From the IMG/VR virus record IMGVR_UViG_3300026286_000004: a stretch of 64,000 nt of DNA, one strand, 5' to 3'. Below are positions 18,962-28,642 of the stretch, one piece after another. The notes beneath the pieces are model-generated. The model saw nothing but the letters and a program-made list of their open reading frames with translations. It made no database searches and had not been told where the DNA came from. Every line of letters begins with the position of its first letter. Position 1 is the first letter of the stretch. The translations under genes and the position numbers were made by a program. The DNA comes from a virus (Duplodnaviria > Heunggongvirae > Uroviricota > Caudoviricetes).

Positions 18962-19655
18962 CGGCCAGACCCGCATACTCGACCACGACGCGCAGCCATA
19001 CCTGGTTGCGGCGCTGGTGGCGACCCGGCAGGCGGACCTCCCCGGTTTCGAGGATGCCGTGCGAGAGTCCCGGACCTGGCTGCACCCCGGTCATGGTGCG
19101 CATCCGTATCTGGACCGCGCGATTCTGGCGGCGACATCCGGCTGGTGGGCGTGTGCTTACCTCGCGATCCGTGCGGCGATCGCCGTGCTGATGTTCACCG
19201 TCCCGGTGGACCTGCCGGCGTCGCCCATGGTGGCCGACTGCGAGTGCGGGGCGATGCCGCTGTCCGGTGCGCTGTTCTGCGCCGAGTGCGGGGCCGACCT
19301 CCAACTGCCGCTGACCGTCTCCCGGCTGCCGGTCGCGTCCGCCGACGACCCGGACCTGTGGACGGACCTGCCGATGACGCTGAGCAGTGTCGCCCTACAC
19401 GGCACCACGGTCGTGATCACCTATGGCTCCGACGCGGGGCTGCTGCACGATGAGCCCGTCGACGGCCTGGTCGGGCGGCTGGTGTTCGACCTTGGCCCGG
19501 ACCCGGCAGCGGCAGCAGCGATCGACCAGGCGCACGCCCGGCTGCGGGAATGGTCCGCATCCGTCACGACTGTGCGCCTCCTGGAAGGCCCTGGACGGCT
19601 TTCGCGGCTTGTCGCTCCGGACGGCGCGTCCGTGACCCTTCCGAGCGGGATGTGA
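18954..19655 (+). CDS. Zn-ribbon hypothetical protein, paralog 1 (CxCG..CxxCG)
   Basis: PASPMVADCECGAMPLSGALFCAECGADL. Shares roughly half its positions with the 20023 product over its full length. Confidence 0.6.
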   Translation: MSDGQTRILDHDAQPYLVAALVATRQADLPGFEDAVRESRTWLHPGHGAHPYLDRAILAATSGWWACAYLAIRAAIAVLMFTVPVDLPASPMVADCECGAMPLSGALFCAECGADLQLPLTVSRLPVASADDPDLWTDLPMTLSSVALHGTTVVITYGSDAGLLHDEPVDGLVGRLVFDLGPDPAAAAAIDQAHARLREWSASVTTVRLLEGPGRLSRLVAPDGASVTLPSGM

Positions 19656-20026
19656 TGGCGATGCGTCTGGCTCGGGCGGCTGCGATCGGGGCTGTCGCGC
19701 TCACTCTTGTCGGCGTGGCGAAGATCGGCGACGACGAGGTGCTCTACATCCACGTCCCTGCCGAGGTGACGCATTTCGTGGTGACGAACCCGCATTCCTC
19801 GCCGTGGGTGGTCGAGGTGGACACGGACGAAGGCCGCTTCTCCCGGTGTGACCTGTCCCGGTATGACGGGCCGGAGGACATCTTCGGCGACCAGTTCGAG
19901 CTGCCCGGTCGTGCGACGGTCCCGTGCGTGACGTGGGAGTCCGGGCAGGAGGAACCGAACCCGGTCCCGGTGTTCGTCGCGGGTGGGCGTGCCGACGCCG
20001 AGGCACCGGCATCATCGCAGGCATGA
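19655..20026 (+). CDS. secreted or membrane-anchored hypothetical protein
   Basis: Product begins MAMRLARAAAIGAVALTLVGVAKIG.. The start overlaps the upstream stop. Confidence 0.5.
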   Translation: MAMRLARAAAIGAVALTLVGVAKIGDDEVLYIHVPAEVTHFVVTNPHSSPWVVEVDTDEGRFSRCDLSRYDGPEDIFGDQFELPGRATVPCVTWESGQEEPNPVPVFVAGGRADAEAPASSQA

Positions 20027-20709
20027 ACGACGCATACGAGCCGCTCCGGGACGCCATGCTGGCGACCCGCGTCTACGACGTCGATGCGTTCGAGCGTGCG
20101 CTGGCGGACGCCGAGCAGTGGCTGCATTCCCAGCACGCCGCCCGGAACATGACCGCGAAGGCGCGCCAGTACGCCGTCAAGGGCCGCTGGTATGCCGCGT
20201 ACGTCGCGGTCTGGCATGCGATGTGTGACCTGGTGTTCACCTCCGCTCCGTCGCAGATCGTTCTGCCCGCCTCGCCGGCAATCGCTGACTGCGCGTGCGG
20301 GGCGATCCCGTTCTCGGGGGCGAAGTTCTGCACCGAATGCGGGCGCGCCGTTCTCGAGCGGGAGTCGGAACCGCTGGATGTCGCTCGCCCGGACGATGCG
20401 GACCTGACGACGAACATGGAGATCACGGTGCGCCGGGCCGCTGTGCACGGGACTGCGCTGATCGTCCTGTACGCGCAGGAAGGCACCGGGATCTCCGACG
20501 GGTGCCTTACCCGGAACCAGGTCGGGCAGTTCACGATCGACCTCGGCGATCAGCCCGCGGCCGTTCAAGCCCTCGACCAGGCGCAGGCCCGCCTGTCGGG
20601 ATGGTCGGCCGCCGGCACCGTCGTCACGTTCGTCGACGCGCCGGGGCGCCTGGCCCGGCTGATCGCTCCGGACGGGACCGCCGTCACGATCCCCTCCCTC
20701 GTCTGGTAG
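20023..20709 (+). CDS. Zn-ribbon hypothetical protein, paralog 2
   Basis: PASPAIADCACGAIPFSGAKFCTECGRAV and the C-terminal APGRLARLIAPDGTAVTIPS both match paralog 1. Class-1 motif at 19987-20025. Confidence 0.6.
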   Translation: MNDAYEPLRDAMLATRVYDVDAFERALADAEQWLHSQHAARNMTAKARQYAVKGRWYAAYVAVWHAMCDLVFTSAPSQIVLPASPAIADCACGAIPFSGAKFCTECGRAVLERESEPLDVARPDDADLTTNMEITVRRAAVHGTALIVLYAQEGTGISDGCLTRNQVGQFTIDLGDQPAAVQALDQAQARLSGWSAAGTVVTFVDAPGRLARLIAPDGTAVTIPSLVW

Positions 20710-20745
20710 CGCCGCGTCCGGCGCCCTGTCCGGCAAAGAGCAGAC

Positions 20746-21123
20746 ATGAAACGGATCCTGGTCACCGGCCCGCGCTGGCTCGACGACGTGTCTGTCATCG
20801 GGCCGGCGCTTGATGCCGCATATGCCGGGCTTCAGGCCGGCGACGACGACGTCGAGCTGGTGCACGGCAACTGCCGGGGCGTCGACCGGGTGTCTGCGGC
20901 GTATTGGTCCTCGAAGGGCTTGCCGGTCAAGCCGGTCGTGGTGACCTGGCAGCATGGACGGTACGCCCGGTTCGCGAGCAGTGAGCTGGCGACGTCCACC
21001 GGGGTCGACCTGTGTGTCGCGTTCGTTGCCGACCCGGTCTCCCGCGGCACCGCGTACTGCGTGGCCCGCGCCCAGGACCGGTCCATCCCGGTCACCATCG
21101 TCCCGATCGCCAGGAGCACGTCG
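20746..21123 (+). CDS. SLOG/DUF2493-like Rossmann-fold protein (tentative)
   Basis: ILVTGPR...VELVHGNCRGVDRVSAAYW pattern. Class-2 GGCAAAGAG 5 nt before the ATG. Confidence 0.45.
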
Positions 21124-21458
21124 TGATCACCGTGACCGTCACCCCCGTGCTGATGACGATCTTCTTGATCGTTTTCTCGCTGGCAACGGGCGTGTTCAGC
21201 ACCTTTCTGCTGTTCTGGGCGCACGGCGGCGGCTGGCATCCGCTGCGCATGGCACGCGACATCGTCGACGACCTGCGGGCCGTCCAGGCAGATCCGGTCA
21301 TGATCGGCTACGCACCAACACTGGCCGTCGTGTTCGTCCTGATCGTCGTGTGGTGCGTGGTGCTGGCGACGTTCAGCACCACCACGCCCACGAGCAAGCC
21401 TGCCGCCGGGTTCCACCCGGTCCACGACATCATCGACTTCTTCCGAGGTGCCCTGTGA
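21123..21458 (+). CDS. small membrane protein (3 TM helices)
   Basis: GTG overlaps the upstream stop (GTGA). Hydrophobic helices present. Confidence 0.45.
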   Translation: MITVTVTPVLMTIFLIVFSLATGVFSTFLLFWAHGGGWHPLRMARDIVDDLRAVQADPVMIGYAPTLAVVFVLIVVWCVVLATFSTTTPTSKPAAGFHPVHDIIDFFRGAL

Positions 21459-22078
21459 ACGTCAAGTACCGTCCGCTGTCGGACCGATCCTGGATACGGC
21501 CAGCCGGTCGTTCGTCGACCCGGTTCCGGGCCACGTGGACCGACACGCTGCGCTTGTTGAAGCAGGAGGCGAAGTATCTCGGCGCGACCGAGCTGGTCAT
21601 CGGGGTCGACGTGGCCGAGATGGACTTGACGCTTTCCGGACAGCCACGGGCGCGCGCGAACTTCCGTTCTCCCGCAGTCGAAGTCGCGTTCACCTCGAAG
21701 CACGGCCCGGTCCTGATGCGGTGCGATGAGTACACGACGGCGTACTACGACCAGGGTGCTGCGTGGAAGCACAACGTGCGCGCGATCGCGATGACGCTGG
21801 AGGCGTTGCGCGCGGTCGACCGGTACGGCGCGTCCCGGTCCGGGGAGCAGTACCGCGGCTATGTGCAGATCACGTCCGAACCGGAGGTCATGTCCCACAC
21901 GACGGCGGTCATCGTGGTCGTCGACATGGCCGGGGCGGCGATGGGCCCGCAGGTCGAGGACGAACTGCCGGTGCTGTGGAAGCTCGCTCGCCGTAACGCG
22001 CACCCGGATCTGCATCGCGGCGATCGCGCCAGGTGGGACCAGCTCGAGGCGGCCGGGAAGGTACTGAACCTGCTATGA
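21455..22078 (+). CDS. hypothetical protein
   Basis: GTGA-coupled start. Protein-like composition. Confidence 0.5.
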   Translation: MNVKYRPLSDRSWIRPAGRSSTRFRATWTDTLRLLKQEAKYLGATELVIGVDVAEMDLTLSGQPRARANFRSPAVEVAFTSKHGPVLMRCDEYTTAYYDQGAAWKHNVRAIAMTLEALRAVDRYGASRSGEQYRGYVQITSEPEVMSHTTAVIVVVDMAGAAMGPQVEDELPVLWKLARRNAHPDLHRGDRARWDQLEAAGKVLNLL

Positions 22079-22362
22079 GCACCGACCCGTCGATCACGTT
22101 GCGGGAGTACATGGCCCGCGACATCGCGAACCTGTCCGGCATCGACCACGAGATGTGGGCTGCGATGGACCAGACCGAGCGGCGCACGTTCCACGTCACC
22201 GCAGACCGGGCCCTGCTCGCCCTCACCGACTGGGCCGCAGGACTGGGCGGCCAGCGCCAGATCGTCGACGCGATCCGCCAGGCCGGCGAACCCGTGTGGA
22301 CCCACTACGACGACTTCGGCTACCCGAAGCCGGCAACCCGAGAAGGACGACCCGATGGCTGA
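22075..22362 (+). CDS. hypothetical protein
   Basis: ATGA-coupled start. Confidence 0.45.
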   Translation: MSTDPSITLREYMARDIANLSGIDHEMWAAMDQTERRTFHVTADRALLALTDWAAGLGGQRQIVDAIRQAGEPVWTHYDDFGYPKPATREGRPDG

Positions 22363-22495
22363 ACTTGCATTGACCATCACCGCTGACCGGCTCACCCCGG
22401 ACCGGATCGACGACATCGGCTTGGACGGCCTGATGCGTGCCCGGACCGAGGCCGGCAGCGACGACGTGCTGATCACCTACGGCGGCCCCGCGTAA
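22355..22495 (+). CDS. small hypothetical protein (46 aa)
   Basis: Overlapping start. The stop is the TAA inside the GCGTAAT of the next promoter motif. Confidence 0.35.
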   Translation: MAELALTITADRLTPDRIDDIGLDGLMRARTEAGSDDVLITYGGPA

Positions 22496-22525
22496 TCACG
22501 CGCGGGCACCGGCGTCATCTCGGAC

Positions 22526-22663
22526 ATGAACGCCACCAAGCGCACCGAAAACCCCGTGCTCCGATTCCAGCGCCAGGGTGCCTCCGGCGTGTACAAACAC
22601 CAGGCGCCGATGACCGAGTCGGTTGCCCGGCCGGACCTGGCTCACTATCTGCAACTGATCTGA
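22526..22663 (+). CDS. small hypothetical protein (45 aa)
   Basis: Class-1 motif at 22489-22528. Confidence 0.35.
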   Translation: MNATKRTENPVLRFQRQGASGVYKHQAPMTESVARPDLAHYLQLI

Positions 22664-22678
22664 TCGGTAGGGACGACG

Positions 22679-25339
22679 ATGAATGAGATCATTCCGACCG
22701 GCCAGGCCGCCCTGGATGCCCGGGCCGATGCTGCCGCGGCGAAGGCCGAGGCGACCCGCCGGAAACTAGAGCTGGAAGCGCTGGAACGCGCAGCGAAGGC
22801 CGACCTCGCGGCGCAGCGTGCCGAGCTGGACCGCCAGCACCGGGAGCAGATGGCTGCCCTGGCTGCGCGGATGGCTCCGGTGGAGGCAGAGCTGGCCGTG
22901 TTGAAGAAGAAGGCCGAGTTGATCGACCTCTACCTGGGTCGCGGCGAGAATGTCGAGATGCTGCGAGGCGGCAAGCCGGCACCGGCGGATACCCCGCTGG
23001 TGGTCCGCTCGACGGTCCTGTTCGCCGACGAGGAGTCGCTCATCCTTGTCGAACACGGCGGCCTCGACTTCCGCACGATGGGAGCTTTCCTCGACTGGAT
23101 CGTCGCCGCGCCGGAGAACCTGGACCGGGTCGTCCCGGACCAGCGTGGCATCGTCGTGGTCAAGCCGTCCCGGCAGGCCCGCGATTACGGCGACCCGTGG
23201 CTGAACAGCACGGTGATGACCGAGAACGAGCGTCCGCACTGGATCCTCCGCAACGGGGAACGGGTATATGTGCTGATCACCGGCGTCGACCTCCCGGTGG
23301 GCCGGCGGATCGTGCCGGCGGCCGATGAGTTCACGGCCATGTTCACCAAGAACGGAAAGCCGCTGGAACCCGGATCCAAGAAATGGATCGAAGCAGAAGA
23401 TCAGGCCGAGGCGAAGCAGAAGCACTTCATGCGGCTGATGCTCGTCATCCAAGGACTGGTCGACCGGTCGGTGGTCTTCCGGCCACTGCCCGACGGCGGA
23501 CTGAACGTCATGTCCCTGGCCGCACAGGATGCTGGACATGTTGTCCTGCTCGACGAAGAAGCCAAGGCGCTGACCGACGGCCGGCCGAGCTTCCGCGCCT
23601 GGCAGAAGTCGCTGAACTCCCGGCTCCGGCCTGGAATGCGGGTCATCCTGGCAACCGGATCGGACGCCTTCGACGACGACGACAAATCGCGCAGTAGCGA
23701 CGGCTGGGGCTACCGGCACCTGCGGATCACTCCGGAGAGGTGTGGGTCGCTGCCGGAGCAGGACGCTCCGCATCTGATCGAGCAGCACAAAGGCGGCCGG
23801 TTCATCATCCGGTTCGCCCGCACCGACGAGGTGTGGCGGCGCAATGTGCCCGTCCCGGACAAGCCGGGTTACATCTACCGCGGCGAGCGCCCGGTGGTCC
23901 CATCGAAGCGGGCGTCGTTGTGGTTCACCGGCGAAGAGTCGTGGGTGCTGCCGTTCGACGCGGCGACCCGAGACGAGCTGGCCTACTACCTGCACCGCCG
24001 CAGCGACCGCCAGGACTACCTGAACATGGTGCCCGTGCTACGCGCCGCCCTGGCCGCGAAAGACGCTGAGGCGGCGCAGGAGGCCGGTTTCCGAGGCTAT
24101 CTGGCTGCCCAGCTCGGCGACGACGGACACCTGCTGGATGAGCTGGTGGCCTGGTTCAAGACCGCTCACGGTTCGGCCCGCCCGCTGACCGGTGACGGCC
24201 CGCATGAAGCGAAGGCCGCGAAGGCGATCCTGACCGAATACGCCCGCCGGCAGAAGACGGTGGCGCTGGCCGGCACGGACGCTGCCGTGGTCGCCGGCGC
24301 CCGGGCTTCGATTGCGGATGTGCTCGCAATCGTCCGGCTCGCCTCCGGGGCCTACCGGGCGTTCACGCTTACCGATCCTGATCGGGGTCCATGGCTGACG
24401 ACGCATGCCCTGGATGCCACTGGCGAAGTCACCTCGACGATCCCGTGGAGCATCATCCCGGCGGCGGCCCTGCCGCGTATGGATGTGTTGTGGTCGGACC
24501 CGAAATGGGATGACGTCCCGCTCCGGCCGAAGCTGGCTGCGTTCCTGACCACTCCGGAGATCCAGAACATGATCGCCAACGGTCGGGCATGGCTGGACGA
24601 AAAGGGCGCGAGGCCGATCGCGGCAGTCCTGACGTGGGGCAAAGATTACTCATCGCAGCGGGACGCGGTCACCGTGTACGGCTGGAAGCAAGGCGTCGAC
24701 TTCACCGACACCAGCGATCCGGTCGATGACCACATGATGTCTGTCGTGGTTTACTGGCGCCGGGATGCCAAAGGTGGGCTGCGCACCGAATGTCATGACC
24801 GTAAGGCCCTGTGGTACCGCTACGAGCACGAGGGGCGTCGGCGTCCGTGGCGCGAACGTGGTAGCCATTGGTTCCGCGCCGGCCAGTCCGCCGAGCTGGT
24901 CTGGTGCGACCCGGATCAGGTCGCACTGGTCGACGGCTACGTTGAAACCCAGGAAGCACGGTCCAGGAAATCCATGGAGCAGTCAGACCGTCGCGCCAGC
25001 GCGACTCTTGTGCTGCGGAACCGCCTGGAACGGGCGTGGCTGGAAAGGGAGACCGCACGGGAGCGTGCCAGCTTCGTGATCGACTTCGGCTACGACGCCG
25101 GAGCCGACCTGTGGGAACACCACCTGCGTACCGTGAAACTGGCCCAGAGGTATCGGGAGCCCCGGTGGGCGTTCGCCGTGTTCAGTGCCTGCGTCGGCGC
25201 CGGAGTGGACCTGGCGGGTAAGACCGTCGGCCAGATCGTCGAGATGTACCTCGGCGAGCTGACCACCGGCGAGAAGACAATCGACGCCGGTGACTTCGCC
25301 GATCTCGTCATGCCCGGCGATCAGCCCGCGGACGTGTAG
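22679..25339 (+). CDS. large hypothetical protein (886 aa) with an N-terminal coiled coil
   Basis: Long clean ORF. The first ~80 aa are Ala/Glu/Leu-rich and heptad-like. No recognisable catalytic motif. Confidence 0.6.
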   Translation: MNEIIPTGQAALDARADAAAAKAEATRRKLELEALERAAKADLAAQRAELDRQHREQMAALAARMAPVEAELAVLKKKAELIDLYLGRGENVEMLRGGKPAPADTPLVVRSTVLFADEESLILVEHGGLDFRTMGAFLDWIVAAPENLDRVVPDQRGIVVVKPSRQARDYGDPWLNSTVMTENERPHWILRNGERVYVLITGVDLPVGRRIVPAADEFTAMFTKNGKPLEPGSKKWIEAEDQAEAKQKHFMRLMLVIQGLVDRSVVFRPLPDGGLNVMSLAAQDAGHVVLLDEEAKALTDGRPSFRAWQKSLNSRLRPGMRVILATGSDAFDDDDKSRSSDGWGYRHLRITPERCGSLPEQDAPHLIEQHKGGRFIIRFARTDEVWRRNVPVPDKPGYIYRGERPVVPSKRASLWFTGEESWVLPFDAATRDELAYYLHRRSDRQDYLNMVPVLRAALAAKDAEAAQEAGFRGYLAAQLGDDGHLLDELVAWFKTAHGSARPLTGDGPHEAKAAKAILTEYARRQKTVALAGTDAAVVAGARASIADVLAIVRLASGAYRAFTLTDPDRGPWLTTHALDATGEVTSTIPWSIIPAAALPRMDVLWSDPKWDDVPLRPKLAAFLTTPEIQNMIANGRAWLDEKGARPIAAVLTWGKDYSSQRDAVTVYGWKQGVDFTDTSDPVDDHMMSVVVYWRRDAKGGLRTECHDRKALWYRYEHEGRRRPWRERGSHWFRAGQSAELVWCDPDQVALVDGYVETQEARSRKSMEQSDRRASATLVLRNRLERAWLERETARERASFVIDFGYDAGADLWEHHLRTVKLAQRYREPRWAFAVFSACVGAGVDLAGKTVGQIVEMYLGELTTGEKTIDAGDFADLVMPGDQPADV

Positions 25340-25598
25340 CCCGGCGGGTAGTACGGCTGGCCCGCGTCGATCGTGTGAAGGTACGCGACCGCGGCGGGTG
25401 TTTCGCAGTAGCTGTACGTGCTGGTGTCCCCGTACGACATCAGCCCGCCCCAGCGTCGTCGCGACAGCGAGCGGAGCCGGCAGGCGGGGTGGCTTCATGC
25501 AGGGCTCCAAGAGGTCTGAAACGGTGGTCGTTTCCTCTATGAATGCGGCGGGCGGTCCAGCTCGCCGTGTTCATACTCGCCGGCGGCAAAGAGGAGCC

Positions 25599-26138
25599 GT
25601 GAAGTCAGCTCGAGCGGGAGAGAATGTCGGCGGTCCAGCCCAGCCGGCCGCGGTGCCGCGCACTGGCGTTCGCGCTGTGCGCCGGCTGTCTCCCCGGTTG
25701 CTGCTCGCCCTCGCCGTCGCGGTCCTGCTGGCGCAGTTGATGGTCACGAATGCCCGGGTCGTCCCAGACCCGGCATCGTTCCGGCCGGTGTCGACGGTTG
25801 CCGATGCACTGGCGCTCGTGCCGCAATACCGCGACGCTCCGCAGGGCGACGACCCGGACGAGAACGTCACCGTCATCGAAGGCGAGAACTGGTCGGTCAC
25901 CCTCCCGGTCATGGCCCGGATGACCGGCACCGGCCTGCCCGGCATCCCGTTGTGGACGAAGAAGAAGGACGGGATGTGCGCCCAGTTCATTGACGGGACG
26001 GTCGAGCTGTTCGACCAGACTGCGCCGTTCCTGGCGACGCCGTCCTGCCCCTCCGACGGGGCCGCCGAATGGGCGATGAACCCGGATGGTTCATGGCGGG
26101 AAGCGGTCGAGGACGTCGATTATCCGGAGGACTGGTGA
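25599..26138 (+). CDS. secreted hypothetical protein (signal/TM RRLSPRLLLALAVAVLLAQ)
   Basis: Class-2 GGCAAAGAG 5 nt before the GTG. Confidence 0.5.
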   Translation: MKSARAGENVGGPAQPAAVPRTGVRAVRRLSPRLLLALAVAVLLAQLMVTNARVVPDPASFRPVSTVADALALVPQYRDAPQGDDPDENVTVIEGENWSVTLPVMARMTGTGLPGIPLWTKKKDGMCAQFIDGTVELFDQTAPFLATPSCPSDGAAEWAMNPDGSWREAVEDVDYPEDW

Positions 26139-27082
26139 CCGGGAAGGTGCGTCCCGCGGACGTGCCACGGATCGCGCGGGAGATCATGACGCAGATCGCA
26201 GCGAATCAGCGCCGCATCCGTGAACAGGGCACTCCCGCAAGCGTTCTCGCCGACCCGTACGTGGCCGCGTTCCTCGAGACCGGGACGGTCCTGGCCGGCG
26301 CCGACCTGATCCTGGTCTCGCCGGACATGACGACCCTCGCGGTCGACGCGGCACGGGACATCCCGGACTTCTCGATCACCGGCCTGGCGCCGGCCCGCAA
26401 CGGGATGATCGTGTTCGGCCGCGCGCTGCCGCCGATCACCCCGACTGCCGCCGACGGCCCGAACGCGACGGACAGCTTCCGAACCGCGACCGGCTTCGTC
26501 CTCACCTGGGCGTGGATCCGCGACGACGCGGTCCACATCCTGCTCTGGGGCCACAGCGACGACATCGACTGGGTGCACTCGGACAGCGCGGACGACGACC
26601 AGTGGCGATGGGACACGATGTTCGCGGCGACGTTCGAGGCGAACCGCGTGTACAACCTGGCCGACGTGGAGCGGACCGCCCCAACCGGCGCGTCCGTGCT
26701 CGCTGTGATCGCGTCGACGTGGGCGCACATGTCCTCGCCCGGTGTCGCGCGGGAGCGGGTGGTGGTCTCGGCGAAGAAGGCGAAGGGACGCCGCGGCAGC
26801 GACCGGGTCCGGCCGGTGAAGGTTGTCGAGCTATGCCCGCCGAAGTCCGCGCCGGCGGCAGCCGAATCCGGGCGGGTCTACACGCACCGCTGGTGGGTCG
26901 ACCCGTACTGGCGGTCGCAGCCGTACGGCCCGGGAAGCACACTGCGCCGCCCGGTCCGGGTGCCCGGCCACATCAAGGGGCCGGAGAGCGCCCCGATGTT
27001 GCCGTCCCGGCAGCGGGTCTATCAGTGGCGGAACGCCCCGGAGCGTGCCGACGGCCAGCCACCGGCATCATCCGCGTCATGA
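26135..27082 (+). CDS. hypothetical protein, paralog A (C-terminal HRWWVDPYWRSQ..RPVRVPGHIKGPE)
   Basis: GTGA-coupled start. Homologous to the 27441 product. Confidence 0.55.
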   Translation: MTGKVRPADVPRIAREIMTQIAANQRRIREQGTPASVLADPYVAAFLETGTVLAGADLILVSPDMTTLAVDAARDIPDFSITGLAPARNGMIVFGRALPPITPTAADGPNATDSFRTATGFVLTWAWIRDDAVHILLWGHSDDIDWVHSDSADDDQWRWDTMFAATFEANRVYNLADVERTAPTGASVLAVIASTWAHMSSPGVARERVVVSAKKAKGRRGSDRVRPVKVVELCPPKSAPAAAESGRVYTHRWWVDPYWRSQPYGPGSTLRRPVRVPGHIKGPESAPMLPSRQRVYQWRNAPERADGQPPASSAS

Positions 27083-27444
27083 ACAAGCAAATCGCATCCG
27101 CACTGACCGCCGCCGCCCTCCTCTCGCTGGTACCCGTCCCCGCCGGCGCGAGCACCGATGACTCGCGGACGCTCATGCTTCGCACCAGTTCGGCCACCCC
27201 TATCCCGCAAGCATGGGCCGGCCAGTTCTGGTACTGGAGCGCCGTTGCTGAACAGGTCGCCGAGTGCGCCGAGACCGAGTGGCGCAACTACGTCGAGAAC
27301 ACGCGTCGCTGGAACCCTGATGTCACCACGGTTAGCTACACCGGTTGCTGGTTCGACGCGGCGAGCCACCAGGTGGTCTCAACCTTCACCGTCACTGCGC
27401 CTGCCGGGACCACGCTGAACGAAGCGCTGACCGACCGGCCATGA
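27079..27444 (+). CDS. small secreted protein (signal peptide MNKQIASALTAAALLSLVPVPAGA)
   Basis: Class-1 motif at 27043-27081. ATGA overlap with the upstream gene. Confidence 0.5.
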   Translation: MNKQIASALTAAALLSLVPVPAGASTDDSRTLMLRTSSATPIPQAWAGQFWYWSAVAEQVAECAETEWRNYVENTRRWNPDVTTVSYTGCWFDAASHQVVSTFTVTAPAGTTLNEALTDRP

Positions 27445-28448
27445 CGCTGCGCTTGCGGCCCATCCAGATCCTGGAAGCCGTCGAGGACTTGGGCCGCCGT
27501 GTCCGGCAGCCGAAGTTCATCCAGTACCTGACGTTCACGGCGTTCGGCGCCGACGATCCGGCCAAGAATCAGCAGCTGGTCTCGCGCATGTTCACGGCGC
27601 TGTCGACGATCGCGGAGCCGTTCCTGATCACCGACGACATGACGCATGTCGTCAAGGCCGCCGCGGACGCCCTCGACGATTCGGACATCCTCGACCCGAC
27701 GCTGGCGCCGTCCCCGTACGGGATCGCCCGGTTCAACACGCCGCTGCCGGTGCTGGACGCCCGCGGCCGGAAGATGCTCGCGCACTGGATGATGTGGCAG
27801 CCCGTAACCAAGAGCGGACCGGACGCGTTCGGGGTGGTCCGGGAACGAGCCGGGGTCGCTGTGTCGTCGTGGAACGACACGGACGACCCGGACGACATCT
27901 ACGGGATCTTGAAGGATCTGCTGCCGGAGAAGATCCCGCAGTTCGATGCCATCGTCGGGCGGTGGGGCCTGCTCGGGGTCGACTTCGTTCCGTCCGGGAG
28001 CCAGCTCGGACCGCCCGCGACCGGTTTACCGGCCGAAGCAGAGCGAAGGATCGTCGCCGACGGCGACACCCCGAACCGGCCGACCAACATGATCCGGTAT
28101 GCACACGCCCTCTGGCTGCTGCTCGGGCAGACGATCGTCGAAACCGAACGGCAGGACATCCGGCCGCGCCGGAAAGGTCCGCGCCGGATGAACCTGCCGA
28201 AACCGGTCACCGTGGTGAAGTTGCGGCATATCGCCAAGCCGCCGTCCGGCGAGCCCGCTGACGTGCACTGGCGGCACCGTTGGTACGTCCGTGGGCATTG
28301 GGCGTGGCGGCAGTGCGGGAAGGATCACCCGATGGCGCAGGAGTATGACCGCGGCCACCGGGTCCGGCTCTGGATCAGCCCGTACGTCAAGGGCCCGGAC
28401 GGTGCGCCGTTCGTGCAGTCGGAGAAGGTCAACGTCCTGGCCCGGTGA
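27441..28448 (+). CDS. hypothetical protein, paralog B (HRWYVRGHWAWRQ..RVRLWISPYVKGPD)
   Basis: Homologous to the 26135 product in both the N- and C-terminal blocks. Confidence 0.55.
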   Translation: MTLRLRPIQILEAVEDLGRRVRQPKFIQYLTFTAFGADDPAKNQQLVSRMFTALSTIAEPFLITDDMTHVVKAAADALDDSDILDPTLAPSPYGIARFNTPLPVLDARGRKMLAHWMMWQPVTKSGPDAFGVVRERAGVAVSSWNDTDDPDDIYGILKDLLPEKIPQFDAIVGRWGLLGVDFVPSGSQLGPPATGLPAEAERRIVADGDTPNRPTNMIRYAHALWLLLGQTIVETERQDIRPRRKGPRRMNLPKPVTVVKLRHIAKPPSGEPADVHWRHRWYVRGHWAWRQCGKDHPMAQEYDRGHRVRLWISPYVKGPDGAPFVQSEKVNVLAR

Positions 28449-28520
28449 CCCGCGTTAACTCGCCTGCCGCATTGATCTTCATGGAGGTCACTGCACAGCC
28501 TCCGATCCTCCCCAGGATGA

Positions 28521-28565
28521 GGCCGGCCCTGGAGTTCCACCCCAACCCCCACTTCAGGGCCGGCC
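28521..28565. terminator. 11-bp perfect inverted repeat (ggccggccctg / cagggccggcc) with a 23-nt loop
   Basis: Seen in sequence after the stop at 28448. Confidence 0.4.
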
Positions 28566-28642
28566 GCCGGGGAGGGAATTTCGCTCCGGGAAACACCCCG
28601 TCCCCGGCGTAACCACGACCGCCTACCGGCCTCATCAAGGGC

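Noticed and set aside
18954-19655. Pervasive 1-4-nt stop-start overlaps (ATGA, GTGA, TGATG, TAATG) suggesting programmed frameshifts
   Set aside because: These are ordinary translational coupling between consecutive cistrons. In each case both genes have their own start codon.
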